The notes beneath the pieces were generated by a model. That model did no database searches, was not told where the DNA came from, and saw only the letters and a list, made by a program, of their open reading frames with translations. The position numbers and the translations under genes were made by a program. Shown one piece after another: positions 21,467-33,878 of a DNA stretch of 42,099 nt. The DNA is from Octopus sinensis (lineage: Eukaryota). The DNA is taken from contig NW_021835163.1 in NCBI RefSeq assembly GCF_006345805.1, positions 1 to 42,099 of the forward strand, given 5' to 3'. The stretch's first letter is position 1. Each line of letters begins with the position of its first letter.

Positions 21467-24400
21467 ATGCCTGATTATAAATCCTACCTCCTCACTATCC
21501 ACCACCGTTTGAAAGATCACCTCCGCCCTCTCCCCCTAAACTGTTTTCAGTCGTCCATTAATCTCTCTCTACTTCTTTTTAAAAAAACCCGCTTCTCTAG
21601 CCATGTCTCTTTCCTAAGCCGCTGCCTACATCACCGACTCATCCCTAAAGGTTTCCGCCTCCACTTCCACCCTGCTCTCCACTCACATTCTTCCATCTTA
21701 CCCATACTCCGCACCACATCTTACCGCCTTATGCGGGCCACCATTCGCTCCAATCTCTCTAAACTACATACCATCAACCGCCTTCTTCCTCCTGCTTTCC
21801 TCACGTTTTTCTCCTCTCTGCCGCCTTTCTATGCTCCAAACACGCTACGCTTCATTATCCATTTGAATCACCTCTTCCATCAATTTCTTTCCGATACCAA
21901 ACTTCGTAAACTCCAATCACTCCTCAATTCCACCACACCCGACGCCACCACCCCAACTCCTCCACTACCCTTCTCCCCTCCTGATAGGTTCCATCCACCC
22001 ACACCTAACCCCACTGCCCCTCCTGATAGGCTCCATCCACCTACACCTAACCCTACTGCCCCTCCCAACCACCCCCACACACCTCCCAAATCCCTCCCCC
22101 TCAGACCTCCACGAGCCCTACCACTCCTCCTACTTCTATTCCACCCACCCCTTCTCCACTTCCGTTTGTTGTTACCATTCCCCCCGATCTTCCCCTCTCT
22201 GCGGCGGAACGCTCCGTCCTTAGTAGGGGTCTGCGTTTCATCCCCCTCACTCCATCCTGTAAGGAATTCCAGACGCGAGTTGATGTCCACAGCTTTGTGC
22301 GCCGCGTCCGGTTGGGTGCGCATTTCCGCGACTCACCACCCATATCCAACGAAGAGAACTGATTCACTGACCTGGGCCGCCGACCATCCCCGTGGACGCC
22401 TGCCCCCGGCCAGATCCTAACAGTGGATCTTTTCGCGGGCGTATGTCAGCGTGCATTGGAGCGGTTCAACTTCTCCAGGCGCCAACGCCGCCTCAACATC
22501 TCCCCGGCCGAGCTCTCGGCTCTTCGTTCCCTCCAACGGCGCGCTGACATTGTCATCAAACCGGCTGTCAAGGGTGGAGCTGTAGTGGTGTGGCGCGCGG
22601 ACCTCTGCAGGGCCGAGGCTCTCCGCCAACTCAATGACACCTCCTTCTACTCCCCTCTGTCCTCTAACCCCACACGTAGCTACCACACCGCATCCAACCT
22701 AATTGTGCGAACCCCACGTACCCCCACCATTTACTTCCTCCCCAAAATCCACAAACCCAACAACCCTGGCCGCCCCATCGTCTCCGCCTGTAACTGCCCC
22801 ACGGAGCTCATCTCTAAATACCTCGACCGTGTCCTGCCCCCTAGTGCGTCTCTTCCCTCCCACATCCACGATACCAACCATGCTCTCCGGCTTTTCAACT
22901 CTTTCTCCTTTCCTCCCGCTCCTCCAAAATCCTTTTACTATGGACATTCAGAGCCTCTATACCGTTCCTTCCCTCACCACGAAGGACTGCAGGCACTTCA
23001 ACACTTTCTTGACCTCCGCTCCAACCCTGAACCTGACACCTCCACACTCATTCGTCTGGCCGAACTTGTCTTTATTCTTAACTGCTTCTCGTTCACGGGC
23101 GAGTTCTACCATCAGGTCTCGGGAGTGGCCATGGGAACGCGAATGGGCCCCAACTATGCGAACCTGTTCGTTGGCTATGTTGAGGCCCAAATATTCTCTA
23201 ATTTCACTGGTCCCACTCCTGAACTATATGGTCGTTACATTGACGACATTATCGGTGCTACCTCACTCTCCCGTGAACATCTAGATTCCTTCCTCTCTTT
23301 CGTTCAATCTTTCCATCCAGCCCTCCACTTCACTTCCACTATCTCCAACACCTCTGTCTCCTTCCTCGACATTTCGGTTAGCATTCTTCACTCCACTCTT
23401 ACCACCTCCATTCACTACAAACACACAGACTCACACTCATACCTCAACTTCTCTTCCTCCCACCCAGAACACACCAAGCTTTCCATCCCCTATTCCCAAT
23501 TCCTCCGTCTACGTAGGCTCTGTAGTGACGACCATGACTTTGAGACTCAGTCTCAACGTATGGCTCACCACTTCATCCTACGTGGATACCCCCTCACCAC
23601 TATCCACACCGCCCTCGCCAGAGCACGTTCCATGGACCGTGTATCTGCTCTCTCTCCCCGAACCCGCCCTGTAGTCTCCCGCCTCCCTTTTCCCCTCACT
23701 TACCACCCCACGACCCTACCTCTCCAACGCACCATTCTTCGAGCTTTCCGTCATCTCCAATCCGACCCGTCCACTTCACACCTCTTCCCTAACCGACCCC
23801 TCCCCTCTTTCAAACGAGCCCATAACCTTCGAGACCTTTTGGTCCACAGCTCCTTCCCTGACCCTACCTCCCAACCTGGCTCTTTCCCCTGCTCCCGCCC
23901 ACGTTGCCGCACTTGCCCTTACCTCTCCAACACCACCCTCCTCACTGGCACCCATCATCGACCCTATCGCATCATCAACTCCTTCACCTGCACCTCCAGC
24001 AATATTATCTATTGCGTCTCTTGCTCTCTCTGCCATTCCTTGTACATCGGACAAACGGGACGCCGCTTGGCTGACCGATTCGCGGAACACCTTCGTGACA
24101 TCCGCCTTGCGAACGACACACCGGTCTCACGCCATTTCCGCTCCACCGGTCACTCCTTGCAACACCTGTCTGTGTTCGGTTTGTCCTTACACAGAGGCCA
24201 TCCGGATTCCCGTTTGCGCCGTGAACAGGAATTAATCTTCTCTCTTCGCTCTTATACGCCGTTTGGTCTCAACTCTCCCCCTCCTCATCTAACCTCCCCC
24301 GACCCCTACTTCTCTTCAGTCCTTCATCCTTTCACCCTACTCCTCTTCCCTTCTTCCCTCTTCTCCCTCCCTCCTTCTTCCTCTTCCACTTCCCTCTCTT

Positions 24401-24831
24401 CTCTCTGCTCCCTCACTCCCCTTCTCTCTCTCCCCTCTCCCGCTATCCTCCCTCCTCCTCTCCCCTCCTCTTCTCCTCTCCTTCCTTCTCCCCCTTCTCT
24501 TCTCCTCTCCTTCCTTCTCCCCCTTCCCCCTCCTCTTCCCCCTTTCCTTCTCCCCTCTTCTCCCCTTTCTTTCTCCCCCTCACCCTCCCCCCTTACCTCC
24601 CCCTCTTCCCTCATCTCCTCTATCTACACTACACCATACGACTTTACACATCACATCATATATACATACACACGTCCAGACCTCTCATACGCACTAATAC
24701 TCTCTCATACACACACACACTCTTCTCATACATACACACACACTCTTATGTTGGAGCGAGGTCATTTAACCCTATTATCAACCCTATTATCTCCCCTAAT
24801 TTCGCTCTTGCGTCTCACGTTTGATCTTTGA
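21467..24831 (+). pseudogene. PLE RT-GIY-YIG polyprotein, disrupted
   Basis: Frameshift near 22090-22100, in-frame TGA at 22360-22362, RT motif A (TMDIQSLYT) displaced to another frame at ~22930-22975, apparent deletion before TASNLIV. The C-terminal ~180 codons are CT-rich low complexity. Confidence 0.88.
21977..22060 (+). repeat. 42-bp tandem duplication in the PLE ORF (PPDRFHPPTPNPTA x2)
   Basis: Two near-identical 42-bp units, in frame. Confidence 0.9.
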
Positions 24832-24923
24832 CTTCTGGCCGAAATCAGATCGCCATGTTGATTCGCTAGCCTCTGCACGCATATTTTTTTTCTCTCCTTC
24901 TTTCTGTGTTTTTTCTCTGTGTA

Positions 24924-24961
24924 TCTTTCTGTTGAAGAGCGTAGGCTCGAAACGTTAAAGA
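24924..24961 (+). ncRNA. Minimal type I hammerhead ribozyme in the PLE 3' region (CUGUUGA core variant)
   Basis: TCTTT-CTGTTGA-A-GAGC GTAG GCTC-GAAAC-GTT-AAAGA: perfect 5-bp stem I, 4-bp stem II, palindromic ACGT stem III, GUU cleavage triplet. PLE hammerheads are established. Confidence 0.8.
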
Positions 24962-25086
24962 CTTGTTTTATTTATATTTCCTGAGCGCCATACTAATACA
25001 ATTGTTTGTTTGTATTCCACCTGCCTTCGTCTTTTGTTTATTTCCGTAAACCTGCCTCGTCTTTTGTCTATTTTCATAAAGCTTCC

Positions 25087-25216
<130 letters not shown>

Positions 25217-26989
25217 GTGTGTATGTTCATGTATGTGTACGCATTGAAGAGAGTGTAAACATTCGCAACAACCCCGAAGTCTGGTGATCTTCGAACGATG
25301 TTTCTCACATTTGTTTTGCCCCGAGCCATAGACACTCATTTGAGACTCTTGCCGTCAGAAATGCAGCGACTTGTCCATTAGAAGCCCATAATAAGTAACG
25401 ACGCTATTGTTAAAAAAATTCTATAAAAATAAATGAATAAGCAAACAAATATCGAAATAATCCGAGACGAAGAATATGGAACTTTTGGCACTAACCAGTG
25501 GCGCCCAATCGGGTATTTGCAGAGATTTCAATACAAAGATTTGGTGCCAGTATTTCTAAAATGATATAATTTACAACATATCTTTCCATCATTTGCTTTT
25601 GGCTTCGCCTTTGCTCACCAATTCTTTCTGCAGCATCAAATTTTGGTGGGAATACCTCCAACTTTGCATAAGCTTGAGTCTCTAGAGACAAGTGTTTTCC
25701 TAAAGCAGAATATTAAAGATTTTAATTTCCCCCTCAATTCTACCGTTTCATCGAACGGATCTCGGTGTATAATTGTCGAATGAATATATCTGTTGGTGTA
25801 TAATCGTTAATGAAGAACAATAAAGGCGACCGAGAACAAGTATTTTCCACAGAATCATTCCAGATATTCTCAGGATCCACCTCAGAAATCATCTGCAAGA
25901 TGTTGTTATTTTAGTAATACGATGTTTTAACATATTAAATAATACTTCATTGTAGTTCTCTTTAGAATCCTAAGGTTACAAAAAGATTCTCACTTTTGGG
26001 ACTACAAACTCTCTGGAGCCTGTGTATCTTGTTTCTCAAAACAGTATCTTATTCTTCTGAAAATAAATTTCGCCGGGAAATTATGAAAGGTGGGAACTAA
26101 AGTAAGAGTAGTCTTGGAGTTGTTTGTCTGTACCCTGGTAACTCTTTTATGAATCGTTGGTAAACAGGGTGTTTAATGAAGTGCTTGGAACTTCCCAGCA
26201 TTAAATTGCAAGTTTATTTCGCCAGAGGAAAAATTGTCGAATATTTCAGGGCTGTAGTTAGGTATTGACGGAAAAAAAACAGACTCTATAGCCATACCTC
26301 AACTTACGTCGGTAGTTGATTACAACTCGAACGAAACATTTTAAAGCATTTATCAGCTTAAATCTGTTTTAATAAATGATTTGTACATATTTTCACGTGG
26401 ATTTTATTAGATTTTCCACCTCACTGTCGGTTTTACGGTGTTTTATTTTAATGTTTATGCTTTTAAATATGTTTGCTGAGAGCGATGTGAAATCGCATTA
26501 ATCGACTGAAGTTGAGGCTTATTTTCACCATTAATTTTTTAAACAAGAAAATTGCAGCAAATCTGCGTGATAGTGGTGTCAGACCATCATACATGAAGAC
26601 CATCATGCAATTTGTTTTATTCCTCACTTCCGTTTTATTTTCACATGCGCATTGCGTGTTTATACTTCTCTTTCCGGTTCCTACTCAAAGCTGTTTATAG
26701 ATCACAACCATCTCACAAACGTGCGTTGTAAAAAAAAAAAAAAAAAAAATACCGTAACTCGAAAAACCGTAACTCGAAACTCGAAACAACGTAGGCTGAG
26801 GTGTGCCTGCTTATGCCTATAAATGGTTATAATCTATTAGATTATAGCAACAAATGTGTACATAAAGTTTTACACATAAATATATTTTGTATTTTGCTTT
26901 CTTATTCTAACAAGAAGTGAAGACGTGCGACTTTGTGGTTAGGGTGTTGCAAAATCGTGCTTTTAATTCCAGGGGCGGCGAGATGCGAT

Positions 26990-27150
26990 GAGCCCTAGAA
27001 CAACACACTCCGTTTCGTTTTGCTCCAGTCCACCCAGCTGCCAAGAAGGAATCCCGTCAGTGGGAACATTGTGATCTCGGTCACTTACACCATGGAGACC
27101 GGGGTAACTGACCCTCTCAGTTCCAGGACTCGAGGCAGTACTCAATACAC
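26990..27150 (+). mobile_element. Possible decayed SINE relic
   Basis: GGGGCGGCGAG start, GCTCCAGTCCACCCAGCTG central motif, GGAGACCGGGGTAAC; no second copy in the window. Confidence 0.3.
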
Positions 27151-27219
27151 TTTCTTTCCCCCTCTCTCTTTCTCTATCTCTCTTTCTCTCTTTCTCTCTT
27201 TCTCTCCCTCTCGCTCTCT

Positions 27220-27268
<49 letters not shown>

Positions 27269-27269
27269 G

Positions 27270-27303
<34 letters not shown>

Positions 27304-27384
27304 CATGTATATATGTATATATATGCATACTTATATACATACACTCACATATATATATATGCATACATATATGAATACACTCGC

Positions 27385-27570
27385 ATACCGTTAGCGATTT
27401 TTTCCTCCGTCTTCCATTCCTTGGATCTTTCCTTTTGCTATGTTTCTGACGAAAAGCTCTGCTCGAAACGTTAAATCCTCCTTCTTTCTTTCCTTTCCCG
27501 AGCGTCCAATAACACTAAACTTGTTCCAAGTCCTCGCGTTGTTGTTTTCTCTTTGTGTTTTCATGTTTGG
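27385..27570 (+). mobile_element. PLE pLTR-like fragment between microsatellites
   Basis: Contains a hammerhead followed by TTCCCGAGCG..AATA as in the 24960-25000 pLTR; flanked by TA/TG repeats. Confidence 0.7.
27442..27476 (+). ncRNA. Minimal type I hammerhead ribozyme, canonical core
   Basis: GTTT-CTGACGA-A-AAGC TCT GCTC-GAAAC-GTT-AAAT; core intact, stem II closing pair mismatched, short stem I. Confidence 0.7.
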
Positions 27571-27616
27571 ATTAACTGTTTGTGTGTGTGTGTGTGGTGT
27601 GTGTGTATTTGTGTGT

Positions 27617-27723
<107 letters not shown>

Positions 27724-28122
27724 TGTGTGCGGATGAATGTCCATTTGAAAGAAATGCCACCGGTTTGTGCTGTTTCATCAAACGAACGTTATTTTTTCCT
27801 GGGTGTTTCTCGATAATCTGAATAAACGAACGAATGCCAAAGGAAAGACGATAGTCGCAGGTAAATATTGGATCAGGTCACGTGCTGTGGCGAGAAGCAT
27901 GAACAATTCTCTGGTAGCAACACCAAAGTAAATCACAAAAGGTGTTGGGATGGAAATGGAGGAGGAGGAGGAGGAGGAGGAGCGGAAATAGGATGTGGGG
28001 TGAGGAAGTGAGGATTGGGGATGGGAGTGGAAATGTCTTCTCAGTAATATGATACCGAAAGACCTAGAAGGTGTGTCTGTGTATTTATGTGTAATTGTGT
28101 GTGGTGTATGTCTGTGTAATAC

Positions 28123-28154
<32 letters not shown>

Positions 28155-28239
28155 GACACACACAGAACACACACATATATACATGTATGTATACGTATGT
28201 ATAAATGTATGGTGTAAGTGTACGTATGCATGTATGTAG

Positions 28240-28277
<38 letters not shown>

Positions 28278-28288
28278 ATATATATATA

Positions 28289-28550
28289 TTAAGGTATGTA
28301 GAAAAATACAACATGGACAAGAACGTATAACTCTTAGAAGACGATACAATAAACATGGACAGGACATTCGAACCCCTCAGTCTTCAGTCAAGAACCGGAT
28401 CATCGTAGTAATTTCGGCTGATTGAAATTACTACGATGATCCGGTTCTTGACTGAAGACTGAGGGGTTCGAATGTCCTGTCCATGTTTATTGTATCGTCT
28501 TCTAAGAGTTATACGTTCTTGTCCATGTTGTATTTTTCTACATACCTTAA
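28289..28550. repeat. Perfect inverted repeat, 127-bp arms, 8-nt spacer, between (TA)n runs
   Basis: 28289-28415 is the exact reverse complement of 28424-28550; spacer GGCTGATT. Confidence 0.95.
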
Positions 28551-28590
28551 CATATATTCCAGGCGCCCCGTACCCCCCTTATCATTAATG

Positions 28591-28663
<73 letters not shown>

Positions 28664-28675
28664 GTATGATGTATA

Positions 28676-28737
<62 letters not shown>

Positions 28738-28776
28738 TATAATATATATATATATATATCTATATATATATATATA

Positions 28777-28812
<36 letters not shown>

Positions 28813-28869
28813 GCGCAGACATCGCTATATGGTTAAGAATTTCGATTCGCAGTTTCGATTCCTAATGTT

Positions 28870-29085
28870 CAGTACATTGGAGAAAGTGTGGCAGACTCAC
28901 AAGACATTCTCCAAGCCGAGCCGACCTCGAAGGAGGCCTAGGGAGTAGGCCAAGAATGAGACGGTTGGATGACATCCATCGCTTCACTTGGTCATGCTGG
29001 GGAAAATCCATCAAGGGAGTCAAATGACGGTTGCTTATCATGGGACCCCTCACGGGGAATACTGGCCGGAGAGGATGGATGGATA
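28870..29085 (+). pseudogene. RTE-like LINE 3' fragment
   Basis: Frame reads LEGGLGSRPRMRRLDDI, like the RTE C-terminal GRPRxRWxDxI motif, and ends in a short GGAT repeat. Confidence 0.5.
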
Positions 29086-29243
29086 CATATATATACTCTG
29101 GCAACCCCAACGTCCACTTGTTTCTCTCAGAAAACAATCGCTTGTTCAGTGTCTGTGTGTGTGTGGGGGGGGGTAGAGGTCTTTAATACTGAAGAGACAT
29201 ATTCCTCTATATGTGCCTGCATATATATATATGTGTGTGTGTG

Positions 29244-29301
<58 letters not shown>

Positions 29302-29308
29302 TATATAG

Positions 29309-29367
<59 letters not shown>

Positions 29368-29468
29368 ATATACATACACGCACATATGTTTAAAACATTT
29401 ATTTCTACATAAATGCATTGATATAATATATATATGAGTGTGTGTGTGTGTATTTATACATACATATA

Positions 29469-32400
29469 TTATACTCTTTTACTTGTTTCAGCCATCCGGC
29501 TGAGGCCATGCTGGGGCACCGCCCTTGTTGCTACCCTCTCTAAGTCCAGTTTGCCGTGGCTGGCCACTGATCTAAGAGAGAGTTTGTAGCTGCTGCCCTT
29601 AGGTTACCTTCGTACCTTGCAGTGGGTTCATCTGGGAACCCGGAAAGCAGCTTGTCTAGATGTTTTTTTGAAAATGTCCACATCCGCATCATGTAGATCT
29701 CTTAGTTTTCTTGGCAGTTTGTTGAACAGCTGAGGGCCCCTGAACCCCAGGCTATTACAGTATCTGCTCCTTACCCTGGATGTGAAGACGGGACCTTTGG
29801 CACCACACAGTGACGTCCTGTACGGGGATTGGAACAGCTCTCAATCCAAAATTTGGTGCTAGTCCCTCCAGGATTTTCCATATGTATATCACTGCATATC
29901 TCTCTCGTCTTCGTTCCAAGGAGTACAAATTGAGTTCCCTAAGCCTCTCCCAATAGTTCTTTTCTTTCATGGTGGAAATCCTCTTGGTGAAATGTCTCTG
30001 GATTGTCTCAAGCTCTGTGGTTAGTTTGACACTATGCGGTGACCACAGTTGGGAGCAGTAGTCCAGGCGGCTTAGGACAAATGTCCTCCATAGTGTCAAC
30101 ATGGTCTCGCAGTCTCTTGTCCGGAATGTCCTCAGGATCCAGCCAGTGAGTCGTCTGCACATTGTCGCCACCTTCGTGATGTGTGAAGAAAAAGATGCAT
30201 CGTCACTCATGTCTATCCCCAGGTCCCGTATTGATTTCGATACTGGGATTTCGATCCCTCCTGGACCAGTATAGTTGTGTTGTAATGTATATGTGTTTAC
30301 AGCTTGATTTGTAAGGCTTGAAATTTACCAGCATTAAATTGCATGTTGTTGCCTTCAGCCCATTTGTATGGCATCCAGATCTTGTTGTAAAAGGTCAGCA
30401 TCAGCTGGGTTTTTGATTGCCTGTGCTACCTTTGTGTCATCAGCATAGCTAGTGAGGATGTTTGTTTGTGCTACCAAGGGCATGTCAGAGAGCGCCACCA
30501 AAAACAGCAAGGGTCCCAAGACTGTGCCCTGTGGCACCCCGCTTGCTATTGGTGTCTTTCCCGAGAGGGCTCCATTGGCTGCAACCATCTGGCTTCTGTC
30601 CTTCAGGAAGTCATGTATCCACTCACCTACTTTTCCTGTTATGCCGAGTCGAGTAATTTGTGACATATCACTCCGTGGTCGACTTGTCAAAGGCCTTCGC
30701 AAAGTCGAGATATACACATCCACCTGTGAGCGATCCAGTAGTTGTTTCAGTACCAGTCGTAGTGTTGTAACAGCTGCGTAAGGCAGCTTCTTCCTGGGCG
30801 AAAGCCATGCTGTGTGTCAGTGAGACGGTTAGTTTCTTCTTCGAGGAACGTGATCAGTTTTTTTCTGATGATTCGTTCCATGACCTTACTTATGTGTGAC
30901 GTCAGGGAGACTGGCCTGTAGTTTTTGGCCTCTGCTCTACTCCCTCCTTTGTGGATAGGGCATATGTTGCCTTCTTTTAGCGCCCTGGGCAGTTTACCGT
31001 TAGCCAAGGAACCACTGAAGAGCTTCTTCAGTGGTCCCGCTAGGGCATGCCTGCATGTTTTTAGGAGGACTGCTGGGAATCCATCTGGTCCAGCAGCTGA
31101 GTTTATTCTCATTTCTTCTATGGCAGATATTACATCCCTCTCTGTTATGTCTATGTGGTCGATGGTTGTTGTTTGGTTTTGGAGTGTTGTGGCATCAAAG
31201 AAAACTTCTGGGTTTGTGATTTGCATGTGCCCCAGAGGGGATGTGAACACACTTTTATACTGTTCCTTTAGTATTTCACTTATCCCTTGGGGGTCCTCAG
31301 TTAGAGAGCCTTTTATCAAAGAGTGGGCCAATCTTGCAGTGTACCGAGGTGGTTTCTTTCGCCGCAAATTAAAGAAGGCTTTAGGGTTTGTTTTAATATT
31401 CTCTATGGCCCTGGCTTCTCTCTCTGCCCTCTCTCCTCTCTCTCTATAGGAAAGTTTGAGTGCAGTTTCCGTTTCAAAAAGTTTCAGGTGGAGTCCCTCA
31501 TTGTTTCTCTGCCGTGCATTCAGTTGCTTCGAGAGCTTAGCTCTTCGCCTCATAAGTATTTTCCTGTCTCTGGGAATAACGTTCCTATGCCCGCTGGCTT
31601 TTTTCTCCGGGACAAACTTATGGCATATGTTCTGTATTGTTGTCATGAAATGTTGGAAATGTGTGTTGGTGTCTTGTGTGGTGATGAAGTCACTCCAGTC
31701 ATGTTTTCGGATCTCTTCGTTGATCTTCTTCTTCCAGTTTGCCTTATGGAAGTTTAGACTGGATAGGCCTGTGGTATTTTCTAATGGCTGCGTCTCACTA
31801 ACTAACTCTCTCATACCATATATCATTACCTCTACTAAGTTGTGATCTGAGAGAATTGTAGGTGTTACCATTATGTTGTGGATGAGCATCGGGTTGCTTG
31901 TGAAACAGAGGTCCAAGACATTCTCACCTCTTGTTGGCCAAAGCACTGCTTGCTCCATGAAAAACTTGCGTGTGAGAGCCAACAAGGACTCTGTCTGTCT
32001 CTGTTCAAATGATGTCATTCCAGGGAGGAGATGGCCATCTGGCCATTTGACTTTCGGAAGGTTAAAATCTCCCAGCAGTAGAATGGTGTTACCCTGGTCC
32101 AGTTTGTCCAGGACTTCTTCTATTCTTCTGAGGCTATCTTCAAACACTCCTTCATGACTAGGGGTGTCTGGTGGCCGATATGTGACACATATTTCTTTTC
32201 GGTTGTTTCATGTGTACTATCAGTGTGTCACAGACTGAGTTTGAGTGTGTCAACAGTACTATGGGTGTGACATCTTCACGGACGTACAGGGCAACCCCAC
32301 CATGAGTTCTTTCCTTCCTGTCCGACCGAAAAACAGTATACTTCGGTATGTGTATTTCTGCATCTGCTATACTGCTTGACAGGTGCGTTTCAGTCAGCGC

Positions 32401-32568
32401 TATGCATATTGCATGGTTGCTTGTGCTCAAGTCCCTAAGGTAAGGAATTTTACCCATATTAGTGGGTTTCACCAGACCTCTGACATTCAGCAGAAGCACT
32501 GGTGAGACACCCGGGGTGTCAATAAAGGCTGACAGTGTGGCACCTGGGCCGGCGTCAGCGGTGGCCAC
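29469..32568 (-). pseudogene. CR1-group ORF2 (APE + RT), broken into at least five frames
   Basis: ORF track pieces 32158-32568, 30747-32147, 30355-30723 and 29755-30210, plus a final frame NSLGFRGPQLFN...FPDEP...NSLLDQ...AETSKRV* stopping at 29471-29469. Confidence 0.88.
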
Positions 32569-33460
32569 CCTTGATTGTGGTGGTCCCTTGATTGTGGTGG
32601 TCTTGAGTGCTGTTGTGAGTGCCCCTGGCTCTGAAGACGATGTATCCAGGCCAGTTGTCCCACAATTTTCTCTGCCATTTCCACAAAATTTCTTTGTTCT
32701 GCTGCCGCCGTCTGCATTTCCTCTGCAAATGTGCGCCTTCTCCTTGTTGGGGCATTACGCACTATGTCTGCATATTTCTGGGGCAGCTTGTTTGTTCTGG
32801 TTTTGGTTAGGCATTTTGGTCGAGTGGGTTTGATGCAATTTCCATAGGGCCTGGGATGAGCGAACCTGCATCCTTCCCCTGTTTCTCCATGCCAGCAGGT
32901 TCCATTCCGGAAGAATTTGCATGTTATCTGGGTTTCCTGTCCCCAGTTCCTCTCTGTTTTTTCTTCCCCCCGTTGGACGGTTGTCCACTGGTTCCTTTCT
33001 GCATAGGTCTTTTCATCCGGGTGGTTATTTTCTGTTTCCCCATCGCCGCCTATCTGTTGTTTGCCCTGCTTGCCTTCTTCGACTGTGGCAGTGGGCGTGT
33101 CATTTTTTGACACTCTGTGTTTGGTGTTTCCTGTTTCCATCTCTCTCTCTTTGTCTTTGTCCACCTTGAGGACTTGGCTTAGCAAAGCCATGTGTGGTGC
33201 AATGAGAGTGTAGGCCCTTTCGACTTCTCTTTTCTTCTCTCTACTTGCGCCAACGTCCTCATAAAGCCATGGCTTTTCAGGGTCGCCGCTATGTTTTTAG
33301 TGGTGTTGCGATCTGTCGGCCGAGGTCCATCCTCTGATGAAAACTCTCCAGCTCTACTTTCGTCCAGTTACGCTGGCTTTTGTTGACGCCAGTTTTGCAT
33401 TCACCTCTAATTTTTGCATGTTGTCCATTCCGTTGTAGCGGGAGAGAGAGAGAAGCTGTG
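29472..33460 (-). mobile_element. CR1-group LINE, near full length, frameshifted
   Basis: ORF1 with CCCH finger; APE (LLLNVRGL, IALTETHL, LLGDFNLP, SDHNLV); RT (NYRPVSLTSH, QHGFRPGRSCLTQLL, GVPQGTVLGPLLFL, YADDTK); LDYCSQLWSP, LERRRERY; stem-loop plus AAGAGTA tail. The 5' end may extend to ~34050. Confidence 0.9.
32487..33428 (-). pseudogene. CR1-group ORF1 with CCCH-type zinc finger, disrupted at the N-terminus
   Basis: CKFFRNGTCWHGETGEGCRFAH in ORF 32487-33191; candidate ATG at 33428 followed by stops/frameshifts. Confidence 0.6.
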
Positions 33461-33586
33461 AGGGAAAAAGGAGAGAAGGGAGGAGAGAGGAAGAGATTGT
33501 GATTGTGAGGAAGGGAGGAATTATATTATATTATATTATATTAATTTATATTAATCTAATATTGCAATAGGGGGTAGGAAGAAAGT

Positions 33587-33878
33587 AGAGAAAGGGAGTG
33601 TCTATGTACTTAAGGAGAAATTGGGAGCCGAGAGTAAGAGAGAAGAGGAAGAGGAGAGACTGAGAGCTGAAGGAAGAGAGAGAAAGCGTCTATGTCCTTA
33701 TATGTATCCGAGAGAGGAGAGTAAGTTAGAAGAGAAAGGGAGCGTCTATGTACTTAAGGAGAAATTGGGAGCCGAGAGTAAGAGAGAAGAGGAAGAGGAG
33801 AGACCGAGAGCTGAAGGAAGAGAGAGAAAGCGTCTATGTCCTTATATGTATCCGAGAGAGGAGAGTAAGTTAGAAGAG
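33587..33878. repeat. 144-bp tandem duplication (2 units) in a GA-rich region
   Basis: Units start at 33587 and 33731 and differ at only a few positions. Confidence 0.92.

Noticed and set aside
25490-26300. Possible decayed Transib/RAG-like transposase on the minus strand
   Set aside because: Similarity limited to a few residues in different frames; no TIRs seen.
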